NCBI RefSeq assembly: GCF_006345805.1
Contig: NC_043000.1
Location: 58,714,001 to 58,778,000, forward strand
Direction: 5' to 3'
Length of the DNA: 64,000 bases
From: Octopus sinensis
Lineage: Eukaryota
The position numbers were made by a program, and so were the translations under genes. The notes under the pieces were generated by a model. That model saw only the letters and a list, made by a program, of their open reading frames with translations, had not been told where the DNA came from and made no database searches. This document shows, piece after piece, positions 24,911-38,125 of the stretch (position 1 is the first letter of the stretch; the number at the start of each line of letters is the position of its first letter).

Positions 24911-25090
24911 ATAGGCGCAGGAGTGGCTGTGTGGTAAGTAGCTTGCTTGCTAACCACATGGTTCTGGGTTCAGTCCCACTGCGTGGCACTTTGGGCAAGT
25001 GTCTTCTAGTATAGCCTCGGACCGACCAAAGCCTTGTGAGTGGATTTGGTAGACGGAAACTACAAGAAGCCCGTCGTATATATGTATATG

Positions 25091-25136
<46 letters not shown>

Positions 25137-25344
25137 TGTGTCTGTGTTTGTCCCCACCAACATCGCTTGACAACCGATGGTAGTGTGTTTAGTCCCTGTA
25201 ACTTAGCGGTTCGGCAAAAGAGACCGATAGAATAAGTACTAGGCTTACAAAGAATAAGTCCTATGGTCGATTTGCTCGACTAAAGGCGGTGCTCCAGCAT
25301 GGCCGAAGTCAAATGACTGAAACAAGTAAAAGAGTAAAAGAGTA
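24911..25344 (+). mobile_element. full-length SINE family A
   Basis: tRNA-like head with A box (GTGGCTGTGTGG) and B box (GGTTCAGTCCC), central (AT)/(GT)n, tail (AAAAGAGT)n. Confidence 0.9.
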
Positions 25345-25349
25345 ATGTG

Positions 25350-25575
25350 TCTGACTGACTTGACAGCATTCACCCGGAGTGGGTTGAGCTGGCTTCATTC
25401 ATCCTCAATGCTGCATCTCTCACAAACGCCGACCAGGCCTGGCGATTTGAGGCTAACCACCGCGTGATCTCCAACCACTCCTTATTCCAGCGGCGAACGC
25501 CGTAGATATGGGGGCCTAGGTTGGGTTCCAGATCAGCCAAGTTTTTCGTTGTCCACCAACGAAAAACCAACGAAG
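25350..25575 (-). pseudogene. RTE LINE C-terminal fragment
   Basis: WWTTKNLADLEPNLGPHIYGVRRWNKEWLEI...NRQAWSAFVRDA...STHSG* resembles RTE (SR2-like) C-termini. Short-repeat tail. Confidence 0.65.
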
Positions 25576-26342
25576 AACAACGAAATGTGTCTTTGTTGTA
25601 TGACGTCTTATATTAGAATTTTTTTTTTTGAACATCGAGTAAAATAGGAATCATAAACAAAGTGAGACTCGCAATAGAATATAGCTCCTATATCTATGAT
25701 AACGACGACAACGATGACGAGGAGGAAGAGGAAGAGGAGGAAGAGACGGAGGCGGAGGTACTAACGCATACGAACATTCTAGACTGCAGTCAAAAGAAAT
25801 CCGCCCAAGTGATTGGCATGGAGTCACTATTTCCTTGTGCAGTCACAATACAGATTCATAAGTGTATACTTAACATGAAAGCGCATGCCCTTGGGTTTAC
25901 GATCACAAGATTGTGGATTCATTTCATGGACGGAGCTGCGCACTGTGTTCTTGAACAAGACACTTCACTTCACATTGCCCCAATATGCTTCAATTTGCAG
26001 TCCACTGACACTCTATATCTTTACTATATCAGGTCTATTACTACTTCAATGGCCCTGCTTCTCATTACACTTCTATCCAAAAAACACACAACATTCTTCT
26101 CTCATCTTCTGAAATAGACCAAACTGTTTCTTACTTACCTTACATCCCCACACTCAGTTGTTCCTTTCTAGAACGTCAAACCCTCTGGCGTTCTCTCCCA
26201 GCTCCTTTCACCATCTACACCACCAAGTTTGACTTTTATGATAAGAAATTAAATAGAAATTTCTAGAATTACTATTTAATTCTCAGAATTGCTTTTTGTG
26301 AAATTATGCAAAATGTATTGACAAAATAAAAGTAATAAATAT

Positions 26343-27050
26343 AGGTGTGGCTGCATCGTAAGAAGTTTGCTTCCAAACCACATGGCTCCGGGTTCAATCC
26401 CACTGCGTGATACCTTGAGTATGTGTCTTCTAATATAGCGCAGGGATGACCTAAGCCTTGTGAGTTGATTTCGTTGATAAAAACTGAAAGAAACTCATAT
26501 ATATATATAAGCCATAGAACGATTCAGTTGTCACTGCTGACGAATCTACGACTAATAGACGAAACTAGTCAAGTTCAATGATTCTAGAGTCGCTCACAGG
26601 GCGGTTATCTCCCCTATTAGTGTATATATATTATGCGCTTCATACAGCATGAAAAGTTTTTAACTCTTGTTTCTTACAATATAGGTGTTTCGGCACCCTC
26701 AGTCACAACGACAATAAAATTTTTCACTCACACACACACACACACACACACAAATACATACATATTCAGGTGAATATGCATGTATGCTCATGTATGTAAG
26801 TATGTATGTGTGCGTGTGTGTGTGTTTGCGTGTGGCGTGTGTTTGTCCCTACCACCGCTTAATAACTGGTGCTGGCGTGTTTATGTCCGCATAACTTAGC
26901 AGTTGGGAAAAAGAGACCGTTTTAATAAGTACCAGACTTTAAAGGATAAGTACTTTGGATCGATTCATTCGACTAAAACAATTCTTAAGGGCGATGCTCT
27001 AGCTTGGTCGCAGTATCATGACTGAAACAAGTAAAAGTCAAAATATAAAA
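26343..27050 (+). mobile_element. SINE family A split by a ~220-bp HHR-containing insert
   Basis: Head at 26343-26510, 3' half at ~26790-27050, foreign sequence in between. Confidence 0.75.
26533..26574 (+). ncRNA. minimal type I hammerhead ribozyme motif
   Basis: ACTG-CTGACGA-ATCTA(cgactaa)TAGAC-GAAA-C-TA-G-TC-AAGT. Intact core, palindromic stem III (ACTAGT), GUC site. First pairs of stems I and II are mismatched. Confidence 0.7.
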
Positions 27051-27267
27051 TTTTGCAACGTCTGCGTCAATCTTCTCTGTATAGTCAAGACCATGTGGTT
27101 AAGAAGTTCAATTCACAATCATGTTGTTTCAAGATAGGTTGCACTGTATAGCAATTTGGGCAACTGACTCTACTATAACCTCAAGTCAACCCGAGCTCTC
27201 TTAAAAAAATTCAATTGATGAGAATTGTTCAAAAGTTTACGAGATGCACTGTATTTGCCCTTCGATG

Positions 27268-27433
27268 CAGTGTCGTCTTAAGGCAGAAGTACACTGGGCT
27301 GTTTCCCGGGGGCCTTACGGGCATAGGAGCCTAATTTTGATCTGTATATGCTGTAGTTTGTTTTCAATAAAATACTATCGGGTCCAGTGTGTTGGGTTGC
27401 CTGGGAACCTATAATTCTGCTAAGATGGCCCTG
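27268..27433. mobile_element. hAT-type MITE (166 bp)
   Basis: TIRs CAGTGTCGTCTTA / TAAGATGGCCCTG. 8-bp TSD CTTCGATG / CTTCGGTG (7/8). Confidence 0.75.
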
Positions 27434-29079
27434 CTTCGGTGTTACAATTAATCTGTAACGCGGTTTCACGTACCCGCCTGACTTTGGATGCCTTTAGTAA
27501 GAACCCACAATACCGTGAATATCCGGATCAAGTCTTCGAGCTGAGAATAACCCAATGTCTAGATCAGCTGTTTTCTACTACAACAGCCCATAACTCGTTG
27601 TTTTCCTTCGCCAGGCTCAAGTACACTACTCTTTCTTATCTCACTAAACCATAAAAAAATTATATAAAACAATAAATCTGATCAGCCTCAGCTTCTTCAA
27701 AAATGAATGTATTTCATTATAGATATCAGCAGCCTATTATTTTCTCTCCATTATATATTTCCAAAAGTTATAATTTAATTCTTAATATGACAAATAACAA
27801 AGACAGGAATATTTACAACAAATCCAGTAAAAAAGAATGCTTTCAGAAAAAATTTGAAAGAAATAGATACATTTATAAATCTTGAAAAAGTAATTCCGAA
27901 CATAGGCTGTAACTTAGCAACTATTTTTCTTATAATTGGAGCTTCACCAAAACAAACAGCATTCAGAATAATTTAATCGAGACAAATTTGTAAATGCTCT
28001 GAAGTTTAATTGGTTAAAAGTCTCTTGTTGGTCACAACCTACTTTTAAAGTAGAGTCGTGTTTTAATTTATAGATTACGCTCACATCCATCGGAGATCTA
28101 TTAATTAAACTGTCAAACAAAAATAGATAACGATATTGTCAATTAAGCTTAAAACAAACCTTATATAAATCTCTCTCTCTCTCTCTCTCTCTCACTCTCT
28201 CTCTCTCTCACTCTCTCTCTCGTATTCTGTCTCATCTTTCTCTTGTGCAAGTCGTAACATGTAGAGTTTAGTGGACACCTTCCTTCAGTCAATCATTCAC
28301 ATAGTTAATACGTACATAAAAATATGTGTGTGTGTATGTGTGCGTGCGTGTGCCTGTGTGTCAATGTTTAATCAACAGGCCATATATTATAAGAATCGAT
28401 CTAGCTTGCGTTTCGTTATTGCTCATGTCATTAATCTCGCCCATTTTTTTTATTTGTAATTCACTCAAATGTTACATCTCTAAATATTATGATCAATATT
28501 GCTTCTAGGGTTGATCGCTGTTGTACGAATTGGTACAAAATTTGTTAAAAGTCATTGTTGTAATATAATAAATATTAGGTTTGACTGTGGAAAGGTCTCT
28601 ACCCCGCGTCAGTAACATGGAAATTTTGAAATAATTTTAATGCAATAACTCTACATTCAAAAGCTAACACAGTTTCTCTGTGGTGTATGAAACATTTAAC
28701 ACTTTGCCTGTCTAGTGTATCACATGTGATGCGCACATTTTTCTTAGTGTCCATGCATCATATATGATACACGTTCACAATGTTTTTCAATCTCCAGATT
28801 AACTTGGGACTTATGAAAGGAGAGCTTTATATAACTCAGAACATAATAGGCTGGGGCGAAATAAAAGCCTAGAAACAAGCATAGACGTTTAGAACAAACA
28901 AATGAAAACGCTTTGGACAGACAAAGGGTTAAGTAAAAGACGAAACAGAAAATTGTAATGTTCATGCTTTTCACAGAATTTCTACAGAAGTAAAATGGAC
29001 ATAACTAGGAATAGATACCGAAAATTAACAACCACAGCACAAACCCCTTTTCTGCTGCTAATATTACATACTGGTCTTG

Positions 29080-30060
29080 AAGGTGGTGAGATGGCAGAAT
29101 CTTAAGCATTGGAGTCGAACGTGCCGGTTCTGTGCCAAAATTTGAAAGCAATATGTTGGCGAGATGGCAGAATCGTCAGCACACCGGGCAAAATGTTTAG
29201 CGGGGCTTGTGGGGTCGGAGCATGGCCTGATCATCGCATCATTTGTATTGTCTTTGTATGGTTAATTCCATTCGATTTTTTAATATTGTATTTAAATTTT
29301 TAAAGTCACATTATATGCAAAATCATATCGCTTTACTGATCCCATCAGTTGTTCTGTCCATTTCTATGTTTGGCCCCCGGTAGACAATAAAGAAATTGGT
29401 ATTTCGTCCGTCTTAACGCTCAGAGTTTAAATTCCACCGAGGTCGACTCGCCTTTTAACCTCCCGAGGTCGATAAAATAAGTGCCAGTTGATTACTGGGG
29501 GCGGTGTAATTGACTTACACCCTCCCGGAAATTACTGGCCTTGTGCCAAAAATAGAAACCAATATTACATACTGATCTTTCAGATACTCTAACAAATATA
29601 GAGAAATTTCTATCATCCAAGCGGTGACTTAGTTGTGTAATGCTTTTGTTGTGAAATGTATGTATACAAGCACACAAGTGATTTTCCGAAAACTGATGAC
29701 CCAAAACAACCTTTTTTTTTTGCCATCGAAAATTATATAAGGACCTTTAAATTTTCTGTGACTATTGTTTTCCTTCACGACATATTTTTACTTACTAATA
29801 ATACATCATCCAGACGGAAACACTCTCCCTATAAATAACTGTAATAATTCTTTCTACTGTGTGCACAAGGCCTGAAATTTTGGTGGGAGAGGAATAATCG
29901 ATTACGCCGACCTCATTACTCAACTGATATTTATTTCATTGATCTCGAAAAATGGATGAAAGGCTAAGTCGAAACCGGCGGTATTTGAACTCACAACGTA
30001 GTAGTAGAAATAATGCCGCTAAACATTTTATCCGGCGCGGTAATGAGTCTGCCAATGATG
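29080..30060. mobile_element. cluster of SINE family B copies (tandem + copies at 29080-29560, - copy at 29865-30060)
   Basis: GAGATGGCAGAATC head repeated, GAGGTCGAC...GGTCGATAAAATAAGT body. Confidence 0.75.
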
Positions 30061-30776
30061 CAAATGTTTGAAACCAAATCTAACATTATGTGTTAATCCA
30101 CACTCTGGGTAACGCAAGTTTATAAACAACTTATCTCCACCACGGAGAATACAACGTATGGAAGAGAACTAGGTAAATGTGCATCCTTCACAGTTACGTC
30201 TTCAGAGAGAGCATCGTTGAGACCCACTGGTTGGGATTTTAGCACCTTGGCATTAGATTTTGTATTAAATATTTGCACCTTCGTAGCGTTACTAATGTAT
30301 CCGTTTTGTAAGAAATAGTATTCTAAAAGAAATAAGCTGAAAAGGGTATTTAATACAGGCAATTACATAACATGCATTCCATATATTCTATGTACCTTCT
30401 TGCATAGTAAAAAGAAGTGACTTTTTTAACTGAAAATTCTTTGAAAGATTGGATCCAAAGAGAATTAAATATGAGGAAAAGTCTTTTAAAAATTGTTTTA
30501 ATATTTTATTGAGACAAAAACATTAAAAACGTATTTAATTGTTGAAGATTTCTCCAGCTATTATTTCGCGAAATTGCTGGCGAACTTGCGTCATCAAAAA
30601 TGACAGCGATTCACGTACATTTTAAAAGTCATTCATCTCCATGGCTTATTCCAAGGAATACGGGAATTTTTTCGGAGCTTAATGCCTACAGGTTAATTTC
30701 TTTGGCTTCTCCAATAATTATATCGCTGAAAAATCCCTTGAAATGCTCGTCGCTAAAAGGAGTTGACATAAAAGGA

Positions 30777-30779
<3 letters not shown>

Positions 30780-30807
<28 letters not shown>

Positions 30808-30813
30808 TGTATG

Positions 30814-30844
<31 letters not shown>

Positions 30845-31640
30845 CGAGGGGGCAGCCATAATGTATATACGTACGTATGTCATTCAGTTTATTTCAAGAT
30901 TTCTTGCCAATAGAGAAAGAACCAATTTCTAACCTAGATCAAGGTTCCTTCATTGGAATTTCAACATCAACAACAGGGTATTTTTGTATGTATGTATTCT
31001 CTGCATATAGTTACATATCTAGACATGCTCATGTATATTTAAATGATACACGTTTTAGGTAGAGGCGGTCTATGTCACTGTTTATGTGGAAATTATGTGT
31101 GCTTGTTAGTATTTTTCGAGTTTTCACATCAATGATTTGGATCTCATCAAGCGTCCACTCAAACAGCCCAAATGTTGGTATGAGTACTGGCACTGCAAAC
31201 ACATTGTGGGCCACTGTTTTATTGAATGCAGAAAGTTCTGAGGTCCAAATTTTCTTTATTCGGCTGTGATATTCTTGAGTGACACGTGTTTCGTTACAGT
31301 TGCCATTGTAAGATACCTGTAACATTCCTCGTCAGATACAGAGGAAACAGTCAAATCATTGATAGAAATGTTACTAGTCTGGTTTATAGTATTCCCTCTT
31401 TTCACAACCATATGACAACATTTATCCTGACAAAACTCCAACCCTACATTCTTTGAGAATGTTGTAACTAGGTCAAGGCACTTTTTCATCTCTTGCATAT
31501 TCTTTGCATAAAGCTTTAAGTCATCCATATGAAACTGTGTAATTTTGGTATTTCTGTTTCCTTGTGAACCGGTTAGATATCCTTCAAACGTCCTTAACAT
31601 GAATGACAAGCGGTTTACAGAAAGTATAAACAACATCATA
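30780..31640 (-). mobile_element. R4/Dong-like LINE remnant: RT fragment joined to 3' UTR and (ACAT)n tail
   Basis: HMDDLKLYAK, GLEFCQDKC, YRYL, NKTVAHNVFAVPVL, IDVKTRKIL, SDIDRLYLKR. Then a ~110-bp UTR and microsatellite. Confidence 0.8.
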
Positions 31641-31865
31641 TGATGTTGTGTCCCGTTATGTTGTTTGTAGTAACTCGCTGCATGCTAAATTCAAGCTTCA
31701 GTCGAAAATCACTACGATTATGAATAAAAGGCTCCCGCAGTTAATTCATCTGAAGTTATTTAACCAGGTATTTAACAAGCCTGATAGTTGTGGCTCCAAA
31801 GTTGGAGATAGTATTCATCGTATTTTCGATAGTCTCTCACGCCAAATACGTGACTTGTCGCTTTT

Positions 31866-32165
31866 ATGTATGTATGTATGTATGTATGTATGTATGTATG
31901 TATGTATGTATGTATGTATGTATGTATGTATGTATCTATGTATATGTATGCATGTATATGTATGCATGTATGTATGTATGTATGTGTGTGTGTGCGTGCG
32001 TGCGTGCGTGCGTGTGTGTGTGTGTGTGTGTGTGTGTACGTACGTATGTGTGTATGTATGCCATTATTCACTTTATTTCAAGATTTTTTGCCAATAGAGA
32101 AAAACCGGTTTCAAACCTAGATTCAAGGCTCCTTCATTAGAATTTCAACATCAGCAGGGTATGTA
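31866..32165 (-). mobile_element. second copy of the same LINE 3' UTR with (ACAT)n/(CA)n tail
   Basis: TTTATTTCAAGATT...GCCAATAGAGAAA...AACCTAGAT.CAAGG.TCCTTCATT.GAATTTCAACATCA is shared with 30880-30985. Confidence 0.8.
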
Positions 32166-32377
32166 TGTAGGCGTACTTTTATTATCTGGAAACGAAAACC
32201 CAGTTTATTGAATGGCACCACATCGTCTTCTCCAAGGCCTGAGAAATTCAAGAGCCAGTGGTCTGCATAGAAAGTAATGGTGACTGATCTGGAGGATGAC
32301 AAGGGTATCAATCAGATTCTTTTATTTTCTGAAACGAACGTTACATTAAGGTTACATTAAGCGAACGTTACATTAAG

Positions 32378-32730
32378 GTGCACAAACAGCTTAGAGAAGC
32401 CATTTGGAGGAAGAAACTGAACAGGAATCTACAAATGATTGACATTCACCATGGCAATACCCGACTGCACACATCTCTGGCAGCAACTCAGGCAATGGAC
32501 AGACTGAGCTGGTCAGTGGAACTCCATCTACAGTATAGTCCAGATCTAGTGCAATCCAACTTTTATTTATTCAGTTCAATGAAGGACAGCGAATTGATGA
32601 TGTGGATGAAGTGAAAATGGTTGTGAAAGTGGTTGTGGACACCTGAATTCTTTCGAAGCGGTTTTGAAATTTGTGGTCAACGATGGCGCAAATGCATTGC
32701 TTGTGAAGGTGACGATATTGGGTTGTAGCT
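32378..32730 (+). pseudogene. mariner transposase C-terminal remnant
   Basis: LREAIWRKK..IHHGNTRLH..YSPDLVQSNFYLF...RWRKCIACEGDDI match the HDNARPH / YSPDLAPSD motifs. Confidence 0.8.
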
Positions 32731-33359
32731 TTGTATAGGAGAAGTGTTACTCCACCACCCTATGCAATTTGAACGACCTATATCAGTTAAAAACAAAGTT
32801 CTACGCACTATAATCCTCGTATATGTTTGTGTGTATACGTTCTGCATGTGTGTATGTGAATATATGTGTGTGTGTCTGAATATATATGTATGCGCTTGTT
32901 GTGTATGTGTGTGTCTGTATATGTAAGAGTGCATGTGTGTGGGGGATTTCTCTCCTCTTACCAGTTTATTTTTTTATTTATTCTTTTTTCCTCTTGCTTG
33001 TGTGCGTGCGTACATGCTTGTGTGTGTGTGTTCAAGAATTTCGATTTCCTCCTAACGGAGTGGTTTCTCCATGTTTTAGCCGTTGGTGGCTGAGATTACC
33101 AATTTTCGCGTAAAATAAGCAGAAACAAAGATGGTACAGAAAGATGGTGACTGTTGTTTCTTTTTATGTTCTTTGCGTTTTTCTTAAAATTATCTTTGTT
33201 TAAATTTCAAAAAATTCAGTACCAGCTGGTGCAATTCTGGGATTCCATTTTCCCACGGTTTTGTTTTAATTCCAGTCACATTCATTTTAATTGGATCTTT
33301 CTAACTGTTGGAGGGATTTATTCATTGTCTTTTTTCTATGATTAATTCACTGAAGAGGA

Positions 33360-35640
33360 TTCTTTCATTCTCACTCGTGTCCTAACCATCACCGCCAATG
33401 TTTTGTCGTGGGTGATTTTATGACTTTTTTTTTAAGGATTTGAGAGAATTTCCTCCGAAATTATTAGGAGACGGCTTAGAAGGATTTTAGCAGATATTTT
33501 CCCTGCATCTAAGAACAATAACATTCCACAATAACTCCTGAGATTTTTCAGTCTCCTTTGTCAAGGTTGGTGGTAATTACTGCATATTTAAATTCATTTA
33601 CTACATATTTTGAATTCGACAGTTTGCCCATACTTTCAGGATTAGACCAAAAAAGAAAAATTACTATTGAGAAGTAGTACCGCATGTTTCAGTAATTCAA
33701 GAGGAGTATTATCTTGACCCGGGAATTTTCAAGTTCCGTCATATTCATGGCATTTTCAAACTCTTGAGATGATGGTGCTTACGTTGTCTTCTCATTTGAT
33801 GTTTAAGATACCGCTAAGTTTGATTTATCGATGATAAAGTGTTCGTGTTTCACAGCCGTATAATAATGCTGAGATAAGTTAGCTTGCTAGACCATCACTT
33901 TGTTTTTATTGTTAGTTATATGTTCTTAGAAACCCGTTTTGCCAATTTTCCAAACGCTGTAGAGCTGATTGTTTCGGCTTCACTGTGAATATCACGAAGA
34001 ACTAGTCCTAGCCTAACCTGCTCCGAAGATCAACCTCCATGATTTCAACAATATCCGTGATACATCTCACGAACAGATTGACCATTTTTCTTATTTTGAA
34101 AGTATTCTTTCGAACAAATGTACTCCGGAAAAGGATCAGTCCACCCAGTGTTTGGAAAATTGGTAAGATTCCAACAATTGTTGACTGATTGCAGGAGCTA
34201 CTGATGTGTTTTGACATAGTAGCATTGCTGTCTGCGTATTGAAATTCTGAAAAGACTCGGACGTTGATGTGTCGATGAGACCGAAGCCTGTCTATACTAA
34301 ATAGTTCTCCATTACAATAGTATTTGATGTCAGTACCTGATTAAGTTTAAGGAGAAGAGTGAAAGTGCAAGAATGCAATCATGGTTCAACCCACACGTAA
34401 TTGGGAACTGTTCGGAAAGTTTTACTTTGATGAAAAAATAAACTTGACATTGCCATGCAGTGCTTGAATCAGTGAAGTGAAGTGGTTTGGGCAACTAAAA
34501 CGCTAAAGAACCATCCATATGGCATCTCTTGTCACACTGTCAAAAACTTTTCTTGGTTGTAGAAGACAAGGAAAAATTGTTTCCGTTGTTCTTTGCTTTC
34601 CTCTTGTAGTTGTTTCGCTCAGAAAAATCATGTTGAATGTGCCATGAAAGGCATGAAAATCTAGAGATTCGGGGAGAATCTCTCCGTAATGATCTATAGA
34701 CGGTTTCGAAAGACATTTGCAAATATTTTTTTCCTTCAATGGAAAGCAATGAAATACCCCTTTAATTCTCACAAAATTTTCGTTCTCCTTCCTTGAAGAT
34801 GGTCATAATAACTGCATTCTTAAATTCATTTACGACTCAATCTTTTCAAAATTTGTGAGACAAGCTGGGTTTTGAGGCATATTCCACCATATTGCAATGA
34901 TTTAAGAGAAATGGTGTTTGGATTTGGGGATTTTTACTGTATCATTCTTTTTCACAGCATTTTCAAACTCTCAAAATCATAATTGTGCAATCATCTATAG
35001 TTTTCTACGATGATGTGAAACATTTCTTAAGAAATCTGTTGTTGGTGAATTCTGATTCAACAGCGAAGGAAAATGTTTCTTCCAGCGTTGGAGGTTATCG
35101 TGTGGATCCGTCAGCAGCTAGATAGTCACCCGTTGACGTTCGTACTGGGCTAAACATTTGCTTCGCTTCAACAAAGAAGCATCTAAATTCACGGGCAACT
35201 GCATAGTTTTCAAGTTGCTTTTTGTGCAACGAGTTGTTCGGAATTACTTTGGGTTTGGTTTGACATTAATGATCGAAATTTTGATAACGAGTCATATTAA
35301 GTCTTTATCATTGATCTTGCTCGTGTGACATCCGAGCATATTGCTTTCTCTCAACGGGCTAGTTAATTTCATCGTTATTTGTCAAATCAATTTTGGGCTC
35401 CCCTTTTTGGTGAAACCACTGATACTTTTTGTTATCAAGTGATGATACTTTGAATTGATGACCATTGTTCATCAGTGATGTGGGGTTGGGGATGTAGTGC
35501 GGTCTGCCGAGCACGACGTATCGCCAATGTTTAGAACTCTAGGTCTTCCATTATAGTTCCAAAGGTTCGTTCGTGAAGAGAAACTGAATTGCATTTCTAA
35601 ATACCTTGGTGTAGTTATTCCTCGATATTTTGAATACAGA
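33360..35640 (-). mobile_element. decayed RTE LINE (two overlapping fragments)
   Basis: ILPESLDF...MIFLSETT...KVFDSVTRDAIW (RT) and LISALLYGCETRT (thumb). A second pre-RT segment lies at 33360-33830. Confidence 0.7.
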
Positions 35641-35868
35641 ACATAGATAAAAAAGAAAAAAAGAAAGATTAGTCTTTTTTACGTTTTTCAATAAATTCTT
35701 GCACGCGTTTCAATTCTGTTGACGACTGTTATGGAAAGTATTACTTCACAATCAGATTACACCACCAAAACTTCATATTACATAAACGAAATAGCAATAG
35801 ATACATGGTTTCTACAACATTTTATACACACGCACACGCTATATATATTATATATATATATAATGCAT

Positions 35869-36099
35869 TAAGGCGGCGAGCTGGCAGAAACGTTGGCACG
35901 CCGGGCGAAATGCGTAGCCGTATTTCGTCTGTCGTTACGTTCCGAGTTCAAATTCCGCCGAGGTCGACTTTGCCTTTCATCCTTTCGGGGTCGATAAATT
36001 AAGTACCAGTTACGCACTGGGGTCGACGTAATCGACTTAATCTGTTTGTCTGTCCTTGTTTGTCCCCTCTGTGTTTAGCACCTTGTGGGTAGTAAAGAA

Positions 36100-36102
<3 letters not shown>
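35869..36102 (+). mobile_element. intact SINE family B (Nin-domain-like)
   Basis: GGCGGCGAGCTGGCAGAAACG head, GAGTTCAAATTCC B box, GAGGTCGACTTTGCCTTTCATCCTTTCGGGGTCGATAAA body. All CpGs retained. Confidence 0.88.
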
Positions 36103-36156
<54 letters not shown>

Positions 36157-36989
36157 TTACGTACAGGTACAGCATTACCGAATGGTTAACAAGTATGATT
36201 CGCAGTCACGAGGTCCCAGTTCCCACTGTATGGCATCTTCATTTTCTTTAGCTTTCGGGTGAACAATATCTTGATAAGGAAAATAGGTAAACGGAAACTG
36301 TATAGAAGTCCTATCTCACGCTGATTTGACTGAGAATTATGTTGGAGTATATGTATCTGTGAATTGCTGAGTCGCATACTCATTAATTCAAGAGCAGGTA
36401 AGTTAGTTGATAGGAGCTCTAAATCCTCATGGTCGAACGACGGTAAGCCACCACCACCATCTACATACATACATACATAACACACACACAAACACACACA
36501 CTCAGACACACATGCATACACAGGCTATAAACTCCCTCCGGTGCTTTGATGAAAAACAATGAGACAATTATAGTTTATGTAAGAAGAAGTTTATTGAAAC
36601 AAAAGGAATGTCTAAAAATGTTAATGCTATACTGTACTGTTATTTATGCTGGATATATCGTCCTTCAACTTTAATAAAAGGGGGAAAATCGATGAACCAT
36701 AGTATCAAAAATAGGTTTGAGTCGTTTTGATGATCAAATTCTTCCTTTGTAAATGTATTCATCTCATTAATATTTTTAGGCTTTTTAGGGCAGAAATGTT
36801 AGCACGCCGGTCAAAATGCTTAGAGGTATTTCGTCTAATTCAAATTCTGCCTTTCGGGGTCAATAAAATAAGTCTCAGTTGAGCACTGGTCCGAAATTGC
36901 TAGCCTTGTGTCAAAATTTGAAACCAACATTTAGAGGTTTTCTCTCGTAAATCTCTGCCTTAATTACACTTCGTAAATAAATGTTCAGG

Positions 36990-37720
36990 GTTTCTTGTAG
37001 GCCAAGCAGTTGAAACAGAATGGATAGTCCATTTTTCATGAAATGGGCAATTTAGAAACTCCTTTATTTGGAGTTCCCATTCTAAAGAACTTCCATCCTG
37101 TTGGATATAGGTTCTGTTCAATCATCAGTTGTTTAAATGTTGTTATAAAATAGTTATTCAACGTGGCTAAATAAATTTTGTTGTGCATTCCCCAAAAGCA
37201 AAAATCAGTCTAATCAACTTATTTTGAAATATTGCAGTTCAGATATTGATACTAGATGTTAAAGGGGTTGTTTTTTTTTCAGTATAGCGTTTGGTACTTT
37301 CATATCTCCAAATAACACAGCTATGCTGCTTGATCAGAGCATTTACATGAAAAACAGTGATACTGGATAAGAGAATTGTCCTTTGATTAACTGACAACAT
37401 TTCATCTTGGCTGTATCATTATCAGAGAGAATTTGTTTGGTGGTAAGTTATCCTCGCAAAAATTTTCTGGTTATTTCATATGGCATGTCCATTTTCTAAA
37501 ATGCCTTTCTTAAGGAGCAATTTTGTTCTTCCTCCATGGGACTTAATTTAGGCAACAATTTCATCCTAGACGCAAGCACGGACTTCTGTTGATAATAAAT
37601 CATGGATATTTCCAGTTTTACAAAGTCATTCACAAGTTTGTCTTAAATGTTTTGTTACTTGAAGGATGTTTTCCATACAAGCTTCATCATTGTGGCATTG
37701 ACGAAGCACTGGTGGAATTA
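36990..37720 (-). mobile_element. very old L1/Tx1-like RT remnant
   Basis: Weak similarity only (KSVLASRMKLLPKLS, LDQAA). Confidence 0.3.
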
Positions 37721-37849
37721 ATTAAATAAAGTGATCAATAAATTTGATAGAAAGACAAAATCAATAGAATATTATTGTATTCGTAAAATTAAATATGATA
37801 AAAAGAAATACAAAACGCACCAGATGGTTACGCTGCATATATAACTTTT

Positions 37850-38125
37850 ATCTTTTACTTGCTTCAGTCATTAGACTGCGGCCATGCTGGGGCACCGCCT
37901 GGGAGAATTTTTTTATCGAACGAGCCCACCCCAGTGCTAATATTGTTTAAAGCCGGGTATTTAATTCGATCGGTCTCTTTTGCTGAACCGCTAAGTTATG
38001 GGGACGTAAACACACCAACACTAGAGTGCAAGCGGTGGTGGGGAACAAACACAGACATAAAAACACACACAAGCATATACACATGACGGACGTCTTTCAG
38101 ATCCCGCCTACCAAATCCACTCATA
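37850..38125 (-). mobile_element. SINE family A, 3' two thirds
   Basis: Reverse complement of the 24911 body and tail. Confidence 0.8.
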
